DNA of 32,000 bases from Hyperthermus butylicus DSM 5456 (GTDB lineage: Archaea > Thermoproteota > Thermoprotei_A > Sulfolobales > Pyrodictiaceae): contig NC_008818.1 in the NCBI RefSeq assembly GCF_000015145.1, forward strand, positions 480,001-512,000. Direction: 5' to 3'. The translations under genes were made by a program, and so were the position numbers. Of this stretch, positions 8,242 to 15,832 are shown piece by piece. The notes under the pieces were generated by a model that was not told the origin of the DNA, made no database searches, and saw nothing but the letters and a program-made list of their open reading frames with translations. The first letter of the stretch is position 1. Every line of letters starts with the position of its first letter.

Positions 8242-9009
8242 TTGCCCAGCAAGGGTTTTCCTGCATTGGCGGAAGCGGTGCGCATAGAGCTGCCAGCTAG
8301 GGTTTGCGGGTTAGCCCTAGACATTGATGGAACTCTCACTGAGAAGAAAAGGCTTGGCGAATTCAACATAAGCCTAGAAGCTGTTGAAGCTGTCCGCAGG
8401 GCTGAAGCAGCAGGTATACCGGTCATGCTTGTTACTGGCAACTCTGTATACGTTGTTGCAGGTGTAGCAAGATATATTGGTGCAAGTGGTCCCCACGTTG
8501 CTGAAAATGGCTGTATAGTGTACGATAATGGTACGATATACCGGGTTTGCCGGGATACTGCTCGGCGTGCTGCTAGACTTATAGAGGAGGAGCTAGCAGG
8601 AGTGCTAAAGCCGAGCTGGCAAAACCCCTGCAGGCTACACGACTACGCCTTCATACCAAAACTTCTTGAGCCTGGCGAGGCTCTTGAAGCTGTGAAGAGG
8701 GTACTCAGCTCTCGCGGTATAAACGTAAAGGTGGGGTTTAGCGGTTACGCTATACACCTACGTCCAGTGGATGCCAGTAAAGGTCGTGGGCTAAAACTAG
8801 CCCTAAAGCTTAGGGGTCTTGAGCCAGACTGTGTTGTAGCTGTTGGAGACTCGGTAATCGATCTTGAGATGAAGGATGCCGGTGTGATCCTAGCAGCTGT
8901 CGGGAATGCTGATGAGAAACTCAAGAAGAATGCAGATATTGTTCTCCCAGGAGAGAGTGGTAGGAGTGTTAAAGCGCTCATAGATGCTATACTTTCAAAC
9001 CGGGGGTAG
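8242..9009 (+). CDS. Phosphoglycolate phosphatase, archaeal type (HAD superfamily, Cof/SPP-like)
   Basis: 255-aa ORF with HAD motif I LDIDGTLT, motif II VTGNS, and the K...GD.xND block (ASKGRGL...[11 protein letters not shown]). The track start is TTG 8242, and GTG 8278 ([19 protein letters not shown]) is an equally plausible start. Confidence 0.75.
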   Translation: MPSKGFPALAEAVRIELPARVCGLALDIDGTLTEKKRLGEFNISLEAVEAVRRAEAAGIPVMLVTGNSVYVVAGVARYIGASGPHVAENGCIVYDNGTIYRVCRDTARRAARLIEEELAGVLKPSWQNPCRLHDYAFIPKLLEPGEALEAVKRVLSSRGINVKVGFSGYAIHLRPVDASKGRGLKLALKLRGLEPDCVVAVGDSVIDLEMKDAGVILAAVGNADEKLKKNADIVLPGESGRSVKALIDAILSNRG

Positions 9010-9014
9010 AGGTA

Positions 9015-9464
9015 TTGGAGAACGGAGCTGTGCAACAGTTACAGCTGCTCGGAAAGAGGGTTAAGGGCTTTGGTGTTGGAGGTCGCTATGTGGCGCATCC
9101 CTACTACTCTGGCAGATTTCGCGAACTACTTGGCTGCACACCATTCCCCGGCACGTTGAACTTTGATGCTAACTTGGATTGGCGCGAATTAGCATCAATG
9201 TGTGAGCCCCAGGTCATACCAGGGACGGTATGGGATGGTGTTAGGCTTGGCGCAGTCTATGTGTGGAAGGCGAAGATAATGACTCGCCATGGCTATGTGG
9301 ACTGTGCCGTGATCAGGCCACTGCTTAGCGGTCACCCCCCGACAGTATTGGAGATTGTTGCATGTGAAAAGCTAGAGCCTATACTCGAGAATAACCCGGA
9401 TAAAACAGTGATAGTGACAATTGCTTGCAAGCGGGGCGATGCGCTACGGTGGAGGAGATACTAG
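9015..9464 (+). CDS. ribK: CTP-dependent riboflavin kinase (archaeal RibK, MJ0056 family)
   Basis: 149-aa ORF containing [38 protein letters not shown], the characteristic archaeal RibK beta-barrel motif (G.G.G...PGTLN). Confidence 0.8.
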
Positions 9465-10450
9465 TCCGAGCCTCTATAGGCACCCTTGCAGCTCTAGGTC
9501 TTGCAGGGATACGAGTAGCTGCAAAACCTACAACCGCCTACTTACTCCAGTATAGTCCCTACGGCTGCCTCGCCGGGTGCAAGTTCTGTACACAGTCTCT
9601 ACGCTCGCCAGCAAGTAAGGATATGCTTTCAAGAGTAAAATGGCCAGTAGTTAGGCTCACTGAGCTACTGGCAGCATGGCGGAAGGCAGGTAGGCCATTT
9701 ACGAGAATCTGTATTCAGACCGTTGTAAAGCCATGGTTTGGTTGCGAAGCTGCAAGAATTCTCGAGGCCATACGAACCATAGACCAAGAGACCCCTGCCT
9801 CTATAGCCTCAACACCTGTATCTACAAGGCTCCTATTGTACTGGAAGAGTCTAGGTGTGGACTATCTCGGCGTAGGCCTTGATGCTGTTACTCCAACGGT
9901 ATTTAGGCGTGCTGGCAAACCATTCACATGGACAAGCTACATGGACTTTATTGAGAGAGGTATAGCTGTCTACGGTCGCGGTCACGTATATGTACACTTG
10001 ATAGTTGGGCTCGGCGAAAAGCCTACAGAGATTATAAGGCTCATGGAGAAGCTCTACGCCATGGGTGCTCGTGTAGCGCTATTCAACTACACGGCTGTAA
10101 CAAGCTGGAAGACAAGCAGCGTAAGAATCGAGGACTACCGGCTGCTCCAGCTAGCCCGTGAAATCCTTGAAGAAGGCCTAGATCCCTGGGACTACATCGA
10201 GGAGAGGAATGGCAGCCTCGTGCTCCGCGAGTGCCCCCCAGTAAACCTTGTAAAAGCTGTATTGACGAGCGGTTGTCCAGGCTGCAATAGACCATTCTAC
10301 AACGAGAGTCCCCGCGGCCCGATCTACAACTATCCAAGCCCAGCGCTAGCTGTAAGGGATAGGGAGGCACTGAAGCACCAACTGCTAGGCAGAGCTAGAG
10401 GGCTGGAGAGGTGTATCGAAGGGTGGGTATCGCAGTCTTCAGGCTCATAG
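9425..10450 (+). CDS. Radical SAM protein, BioB/LipA-like (possible LipS-type lipoyl synthase subunit)
   Basis: 341-aa ORF with a CX3CX2C motif, CLAGCKFC, at 9566-9589. BioB-like blocks are [13 protein letters not shown] and [12 protein letters not shown], and there is an extra C-terminal CxxC ([13 protein letters not shown]). The track start overlaps ribK by 40 nt, and an alternative GTG at 9449 still overlaps it by 16 nt. Confidence 0.8.
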
Positions 10451-11325
10451 CAAGGTTCTCAGAGGTAAGCCTCACCGGGCCCCACTGTGCCCTCAACTGC
10501 CACCACTGTAGAGGCAAGTACTTGAGGCACATGCTTAAACCGCTACCCGGCTCCAATGGGCTCTACAGGCTGTTAGAGCAGCTCCGCCAGAAGGGTGTTA
10601 GGGGAGTACTCCTTAGCGGTGGGCTAACGAGGGAAGGCCTGCTACCTATAACCGAGAATGTTGTCGAGCAGATTTGGGTGGCGAAACGCAGACTCGGCAT
10701 GGTCTTTAACCTTCACCCGGGCTTTGAGAGAAGACTAGATCTCCTAGAACAGCTTGTAGGTGCTGTAGACACGCTTGACTACGAGTTCAGTCTCAGCAGG
10801 GAGATTGTTAAGGGTGTTAGGAGGCTCCCCATAAAGCCTCGCGACACGGCAAAAATACTTGAAACACTACTAGAGATAGGTTTTGATGTTGTACCTCATA
10901 TATTCCTATGGCATCCCTGGGGGAGCTCACAGCTTCTCCGGGAGGAACTCCGTGTTGCGGACGAACTGGGTGCTAGGATGGTAACCCTACTAGTTTACAT
11001 ACCACCTCCTGGCGATCCAAAGCCGGACCCTGCGCGGCTTGTAGAGTTGCTAAGGCTTGCTAGAAGCTGGTGGCCTAGAGAGCTAAGCCTCGGCTGCATG
11101 AGGCCCTATGATGTGAAGAGGGTGTTGGATAGAGCTGCTATCGAGGAGGGCCTCGTTGACCGTATAGCTAATCCACACCAGGAGGTGTTACGTAGCTACC
11201 TCGACAGCGTTAGAGCCTACGATGCTTGCTGCAGCCTTCCCGAGCATGTGCTTGGGGAATTCCGTATTGAACCTAGCCAGCTCCTAGCCCCTCCACGGAG
11301 TCTAGTACGAATAACACTGGTATAG
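10411..11325 (+). CDS. Radical SAM protein (second of the adjacent pair; possible LipS-type subunit)
   Basis: 304-aa ORF with a CX3CX2C motif, CALNCHHC, at 10486-10509, followed by GVLLSGG. Its start (GTG 10411 or GTG 10423) overlaps the stop of the preceding radical SAM gene (10448-10450). Confidence 0.75.
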   Translation: MYRRVGIAVFRLIARFSEVSLTGPHCALNCHHCRGKYLRHMLKPLPGSNGLYRLLEQLRQKGVRGVLLSGGLTREGLLPITENVVEQIWVAKRRLGMVFNLHPGFERRLDLLEQLVGAVDTLDYEFSLSREIVKGVRRLPIKPRDTAKILETLLEIGFDVVPHIFLWHPWGSSQLLREELRVADELGARMVTLLVYIPPPGDPKPDPARLVELLRLARSWWPRELSLGCMRPYDVKRVLDRAAIEEGLVDRIANPHQEVLRSYLDSVRAYDACCSLPEHVLGEFRIEPSQLLAPPRSLVRITLV

Positions 11326-12067
11326 CCAGTAATACGAGCCCCTCGCTACTAGTAAGTTCGGAGAGAATCCCGGCTTCATCCAGCAGTTTAAGGTAGTCTA
11401 TGTATGCTATGACCGGCTCGCTACCCTTACCACTTATCCTCCAATACCTCTTAGTATCAGCTCGTATAGCTTCGAGTCTCTCAGCAGACAATCTCTCTAT
11501 ATCATGTGTAGAGCCTATGTAGTCCGCAGCCTTGGATGTTATAGGTACGAGGAAGTCAAGTACACTATATCCAGCTATTCTCATATGTAGCTTTGCATCC
11601 TTCTGAGAAAGCTTGGGGCCATAAACAGTCTCAACAACTATGCCTACGCTCTTGGTCTCTTCATAAACCGTTCTCGAAGCCAGTATGGGTGAGGCATAAT
11701 AGAGCGACAATAGTATGGAATCGGCTACTTCGACGCTGAGGCCAGCCCCTACAAGCACGTCACGAACCCTTGCAGCGGCTTCCTCAGCAGCCTTACTTGG
11801 GTAATCCAGCAAGTGAAACGGGTTACCCTCAAGCCACTTGTCGATAATGCCTTCTAACCTGCTAGCAAGATATCTCGAAACACCTACATCCCTGTAGCGG
11901 AACCTCCTGGCAAGCCACTGTACATAGTGTTCAGCATCGTCTGACTGTGAGACGGCAAACACTCCCCTGAGATTCTTAACAAGAAATATGTAGCGTGCAA
12001 GCCTGGACACCATGCATTCAGCCCCGCTAATATCCAGGCCATTCGTGTGAAAGCCCGGGTTTAACAA
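11273..12067 (-). CDS. Conserved hypothetical protein
   Basis: 264-aa ORF with coding-like composition, but I cannot place it in a family. The ATG at 12013 (MVSRLARYIF...) is a more likely start than the track start. The hydrophobic C-terminal tail overlaps the convergent radical SAM gene by 53 nt. Confidence 0.55.
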   Translation of the reverse strand: MLNPGFHTNGLDISGAECMVSRLARYIFLVKNLRGVFAVSQSDDAEHYVQWLARRFRYRDVGVSRYLASRLEGIIDKWLEGNPFHLLDYPSKAAEEAAARVRDVLVGAGLSVEVADSILLSLYYASPILASRTVYEETKSVGIVVETVYGPKLSQKDAKLHMRIAGYSVLDFLVPITSKAADYIGSTHDIERLSAERLEAIRADTKRYWRISGKGSEPVIAYIDYLKLLDEAGILSELTSSEGLVLLAIPVLFVLDSVEGLGAG

Positions 12068-12228
12068 AGTCCAACCTCAACAATTCACGCCCCGATGTTA
12101 CGTTGTGCAGACCCAACGTGATCCACATGATATCAATGCTGGGTTTTTGATGTGGGCCAAAACTGGCTCTAGGTATAAAGCATGGAGAAAGTGGTGCTAG
12201 CCTCGGGTAGACGCCTAGGGGTTAGGCA

Positions 12229-12951
12229 TTGGTGCGTGTACCACTCTGGATAGAGATGAACGGTCTTAGAGTGCTAGTTGTCGGCGGTGGTGGCGTCGGC
12301 TCGAGAAGGGCAGCATGGTTTTTAAAGGCTGGCGCAGAGGTTCGCGTTCTAAGTCTTGAATTTCGCGATGAACTTGTAGCAGAAGCAGCGAGAAATCCAA
12401 AGCTTAGCCTTATAAAGCTTGACGCATCTGATGAGAAGCAAGTTGAGGAACATGTTAAGTGGGCAGACATAGTTGTAATTGCAACTGATAACCCAGTGGT
12501 AAATGAGATTGCCTGGCGGCTAGCTAGGAGGCACAGGAAGCTAGTGAATGATGCTACAAACGCTGATAGGACAATGATTGTTGTGCCTTACATAGGCGAG
12601 GTCTATAATGGTGGTCTAAAGATAGCTGTAACGAGTGAGGGTTTGACAGGAGTTGCGGCTCGGCATGCACGCGACAAGATAATTGAATGTTTAGAGTCTG
12701 ATACCGAGCTGAGAACACTCTTTGAGGTTATGTGGAGGGTTAAGAAGGTCCTTAAGAGTCTTGTAGCTGAAGCCAAGAAACGTATACCAGTCTACTTTGA
12801 AGTTGAGGACGAGTTGATGAGGCATAGAGACGTCTTGAAACGTGGTGATTTAGAGGCAGCCGCCTCAATCGCAGCGGAGGTGCTTGCAAAAGTAGCTGGT
12901 AGAAGTGTTGGTGAGATACGTGAGGCATTGCTGTCACTACGCCAGCGATAA
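12229..12951 (+). CDS. Precorrin-2 dehydrogenase / sirohydrochlorin ferrochelatase (SirC/Met8 type, CysG N-terminal domain)
   Basis: 240-aa ORF with VPLWIEMNGLRVLVVGGGGVGSRRAAWFLKAGAEVRVLS, a Rossmann GxGxxG in the typical siroheme-synthase N-terminal context. It is followed by IVVIATDNPVVNE and a helical C-terminal domain. A TATAAAG box lies about 55 nt upstream (around 12174). Confidence 0.8.
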   Translation: MVRVPLWIEMNGLRVLVVGGGGVGSRRAAWFLKAGAEVRVLSLEFRDELVAEAARNPKLSLIKLDASDEKQVEEHVKWADIVVIATDNPVVNEIAWRLARRHRKLVNDATNADRTMIVVPYIGEVYNGGLKIAVTSEGLTGVAARHARDKIIECLESDTELRTLFEVMWRVKKVLKSLVAEAKKRIPVYFEVEDELMRHRDVLKRGDLEAAASIAAEVLAKVAGRSVGEIREALLSLRQR

Positions 12952-12990
12952 GGCAGGATAAATAAACCGCAAGTTGTGAATGCTAGAAAC

Positions 12991-13090
12991 ATGGCACCCG
13001 GGGAGCCTGCTCCGGGCCAGCTTGAGGGCCCCGCGTCACGGGGCTCGATGGGCCCGGAGTCTCCCGCCCCATCGCTCCACCATTGTCAGC
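12991..13090 (+). ncRNA. Candidate structured small RNA (GC-rich multi-hairpin, K-turn-like motif), family unknown
   Basis: This is a conspicuous GC-rich island in an otherwise A/T-richer 228-bp spacer. Hand-found helices are 12997-13016; GCCCCG/CGGGGC at 13028-13044; GATGGGC/GCCCCATC at 13047-13073; and an alternative long-range CCGGGCC(13012-18)/GGCCCGG(13051-57). A TATA-like ATAAATAAA (12957-12966) sits about 27 nt upstream of the first G-rich residues. Strand and ends are uncertain. Confidence 0.3.
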
Positions 13091-13179
13091 TTCTACAACT
13101 CGTTGTAGCCAGCAGATACCCACATAATAGGGGGTGCATCTACTAGCCATCTAACCTATACGTTAGGGGGCTAAGGGAA

Positions 13180-14598
13180 ATGGCTGCCAGCGCAGAGGAA
13201 CTCGCAAAGATGGTGTGGGAACACATAGAAGCTGAGCGCAGCAATAAGCCTAAGCTCTCAGTGCCAGCTAAGGGGCTCAGAATACTTGTTGAAGCTGTTA
13301 AGCTCGCAGAGGAGTTTAAACCTAGTCAGCACGCCAAAAGAGTAGTATTTCACAAGCATGGTGTGCTTGGAACGGGCTTAGATAGGCTTCTAACATCAAT
13401 ATTCTATGATACGATGAAACGTATGGGTCTGCTTGACCGTGTCGCAGCAGAACTAGCCAACGTGCCTACGGTACTCATACTTGATCCTTGGCTGCGTGCA
13501 GCTCTCCGTTTAGCAGTAGACATAGTGTTATTCCACCGGCCCGACAAGAACACGTTGCACAGGCTACGCTGGATTGTGGCAGACTTTATCTCAGCCAAGA
13601 CACATCCTTACGTAGGAATGTTCTACTGGCAGACATTCGACAAACTCCTCGAATATCGCCCAAAGCCTAAAACTGTCGAAGAGGCACTTGAATGGAAATA
13701 CCTACTACCAGCCTGGCTCATCCGGAGGATGCGCAGCCTCCTAGGCGAGGAGGAGTCCGAGAAATTATTCGAAGCGCTCAACAAGAGGCCGCTGATAAGC
13801 ATCCGCGTAAACACGCTGAAGACCACTGTTGAGGAGGTCGTAGAGGAATTAAAGAGAGAAGGTAAAAACCCAATCGTCAGCACGAGGGTGCCGGTTATAG
13901 TAAAGTTTGAGGGTCCATACGACTTTGACCGGAGCCGACTCTATCGTGAAGGCAAGTTTGTTATACAAGAGGAGGCTAGTGCCGCAGCATCGATTATACT
14001 TGATCCAAAGCCTGGCATGACCGTGGTGGATTTAGCTGCAGCACCGGGTGGCAAGACGAGCCATATAGCTGAGCTAATGAAGAACCATGGTAGAATATAT
14101 GCATTCGACATTGACCGGGTCAGAATAAAACGTATGAGGATGATCCTGCGCAGAATGGGAATAACCATAGTACGCATCTTTGAGAAAGATGCAAGGGAGG
14201 CGCCAAGAATTCTAGGAGAAGAGATAGCCGACCGGGTACTTCTTGATGCCCCATGTACAAGCACTGGTACTATAGCGAAGAATCCCGAGCTTAGATGGAG
14301 AGTTAGGGAGGAGGGTCTCGAAGAGATAGTTAAGCTGCAAAGGGAGATGTTGGAAGCAGCAGCGAAGCTAGTAAAGCCCGGCGGAAGACTACTCTATACA
14401 ACATGCAGTCTTCTACCCGAGGAGAACGAGGATAACATAAAGTGGTTCCTCAAGAGACACTCTGAGTTCAAACTAGTACCGCTCAATGGGCCATATGATC
14501 CTTCGCCACTTCTCCATGGCACTATGAGGGCTTGGCCACATCGTCACGATACAATAGGATTCTTCTATGCATTGTTAGAGAAGAAGGAGAGGAGATGA
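13180..14598 (+). CDS. RNA cytosine-C5 methyltransferase, NOL1/NOP2/Sun (RsmB/Trm4) family
   Basis: 472-aa ORF with the SAM motif VVDLAAAPGGKT and the catalytic Cys motifs DAPCTSTGT and LLYTTCSL. It also has an N-terminal NusB-like helical region. Confidence 0.9.
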   Translation: MAASAEELAKMVWEHIEAERSNKPKLSVPAKGLRILVEAVKLAEEFKPSQHAKRVVFHKHGVLGTGLDRLLTSIFYDTMKRMGLLDRVAAELANVPTVLILDPWLRAALRLAVDIVLFHRPDKNTLHRLRWIVADFISAKTHPYVGMFYWQTFDKLLEYRPKPKTVEEALEWKYLLPAWLIRRMRSLLGEEESEKLFEALNKRPLISIRVNTLKTTVEEVVEELKREGKNPIVSTRVPVIVKFEGPYDFDRSRLYREGKFVIQEEASAAASIILDPKPGMTVVDLAAAPGGKTSHIAELMKNHGRIYAFDIDRVRIKRMRMILRRMGITIVRIFEKDAREAPRILGEEIADRVLLDAPCTSTGTIAKNPELRWRVREEGLEEIVKLQREMLEAAAKLVKPGGRLLYTTCSLLPEENEDNIKWFLKRHSEFKLVPLNGPYDPSPLLHGTMRAWPHRHDTIGFFYALLEKKERR

Positions 14599-14601
14599 TA
14601 T

Positions 14602-14665
14602 TCAGCCGAGGCCCCGTTTACTCCTCACGATCCTATAGGGCCTCGGCCAACTCGGCACTCATCAC
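14602..14665 (-). ncRNA. Weak candidate C/D box sRNA, or merely a 10-bp-stem hairpin (14605-14614 / 14638-14647) after the methyltransferase stop
   Basis: The minus strand reads GTGATGA(14665-14659), 12 nt, CCGA, 14 nt, GTGAGGA(14628-14622), 16 nt, CTGA(14605-14602). The C and D boxes are canonical and D' sits at the right spacing. The second guide is 16 nt rather than about 12, and there is no terminal stem. Confidence 0.2.
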
Positions 14666-14678
14666 CCAAACCGATTAT

Positions 14679-14750
14679 TATCCCATACCTGGGTTTAAGC
14701 ACTAGCCAGGCTTTATTGTGTAGTTCGCTTAAACACCGGGGTATGGGATA
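14679..14750. promoter_or_regulatory. Nested inverted repeat enclosing a TATA-like box directly upstream of the 14756 ORF
   Basis: The outer arms TATCCCATACC (14679-14689) and GGTATGGGATA (14740-14750) are a perfect 11-bp match. The inner arms GTTTAAGC (14693-14700) and GCTTAAAC (14727-14734) are a perfect 8-bp match. The 26-nt centre contains CTTTATTG (14711-14718). Confidence 0.35.
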
Positions 14751-14755
14751 GTGTT

Positions 14756-15436
14756 TTGCAGGGGTTTGTGGCAGCTATAGTCTCTAGGGGCTGGCTAGAT
14801 CCCCTCCTCGATATTGCACGGGAATTTTATAGCAAGCCTGTAGACTACATTGTGTATGCTCAGCGTGGTAGAGAGTGGTGGTTTACGGTTAGCTCGTCTA
14901 CCCTTTTGCGGCCAGAGCATGTTACTGTTTTGGCTTCTACAAGTCTTGGCGCGTTTGTAGCATCGTCTTGTTGGGCCTCGGGGATAGTCAGTATATACTT
15001 CAAGAATGGGTTGCCGGGCCTTGTGCATGTATGTAGCCTCTACAAGCTCTCGCGCGAAGCTCTACTAACAGCTAATCCTCCAGAGCCGTCGAGGAGAATA
15101 CCGGCCGGTATACTGATGGGGCTTATTGCTAGGCTTGTAGGTGATGGTGCTAGCTTGGAGCGTATAGCTGCGATAATAGCTGAGCGGCTTGGTGGCGGTG
15201 CTAGCCTGGTAGCAGCACTAGTCTATACTGCACGTGATCGAGTGGCACCGGTCATAGTTGCGTCATCAGCTGGCTCCAAGCGGATATGCGTATCCTATAA
15301 TGGTGGTAGTGCTGTGATAAGCCTAGGCCGGGATGGTCCTGGAACATGTCTAGCAGATACTGTGGTGACATTGAAGCCCATAAGTGGTGTTGCGAGAGTC
15401 GAAGCAAGGAGTATTGAGGAGGTGCTATATCGCTAA
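14756..15436 (+). CDS. Hypothetical protein
   Basis: 226-aa ORF with TTG start (alternative GTG 14768) and coding-like composition. I recognise no motif. Confidence 0.55.
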   Translation: MQGFVAAIVSRGWLDPLLDIAREFYSKPVDYIVYAQRGREWWFTVSSSTLLRPEHVTVLASTSLGAFVASSCWASGIVSIYFKNGLPGLVHVCSLYKLSREALLTANPPEPSRRIPAGILMGLIARLVGDGASLERIAAIIAERLGGGASLVAALVYTARDRVAPVIVASSAGSKRICVSYNGGSAVISLGRDGPGTCLADTVVTLKPISGVARVEARSIEEVLYR

Positions 15437-15508
15437 CAGACTCGGTGTTACTGCCTCCGCTCTGTCTAATGCGTATCCAGCCGCCAACATATACGACGGG
15501 GTTTAGCC

Positions 15509-15832
15509 GTGGATGCACGCAGTAGACTCATATCAATTCTCAAGGTGATAGTTTCACGCGATGTCGTATCTCCTGGCGACGTGGTTGTCGAGACAAAGCT
15601 CCCTAGATACCTCGTTCTAGCAGCCTTTCAGTGTCTAGAAGCTCTAGGCATAGTTGAACCAGTGTTCACCAAGGGGAGCTATAAGCTCTACACGGCCCGC
15701 AGCCATGCCAAGAAGCTCCTAGAAGCACTCCTAGCAGGAGCTGAGGACCCCATACTCGCCTTGGCGAATGATGCAAATACCGTACAGGTATCGGAGCCGT
15801 CTCCAGCAACGGTAGTTTCCGGGGGCAGTTAA
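15509..15832 (+). CDS. Small putative winged-helix DNA-binding protein
   Basis: 107-aa ORF with GTG start. The pattern helix / VSPGDVVVETKLPRYLVLAAFQCLEALGIVEPVFTKGSYKLYT fits a helix-turn-helix followed by a beta wing. The functional call rests on pattern only. Confidence 0.5.
   Translation: MDARSRLISILKVIVSRDVVSPGDVVVETKLPRYLVLAAFQCLEALGIVEPVFTKGSYKLYTARSHAKKLLEALLAGAEDPILALANDANTVQVSEPSPATVVSGGS

Noticed and set aside
9425-11325. Radical-SAM pair read as FO synthase CofG/CofH (suggested by adjacency to riboflavin kinase), or as MqnC/MqnE.
   Set aside because: The sizes (341 and 304 aa) and the sequence context of the cluster motifs ([21 protein letters not shown]) do not resemble the CofG/CofH or Mqn signatures as I remember them. 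This is rejected only provisionally, because no search was possible.
11273-11325. The 53-nt convergent overlap between the second radical-SAM gene and the 264-aa hypothetical gene, considered as a possible functional antisense arrangement.
   Set aside because: Both C-terminal tails look like unconserved read-through (RSLVRITLV; DSVEGLGAG). Chance extension to the next stop codon is the simpler explanation.
12991-13090. Interpretation of the GC-rich island as a tRNA (possibly intron-containing or split) or a 5S rRNA.
   Set aside because: No acceptor/T-arm geometry or GTTCRAAT-like T loop is present. The best anticodon-like loop (GCGTCAC) lacks U33. On the minus strand, CCCATCGAGCCCCGTGACG only loosely recalls the 5S loop C region. 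The length and terminal pairing do not fit a roughly 120-nt 5S rRNA.
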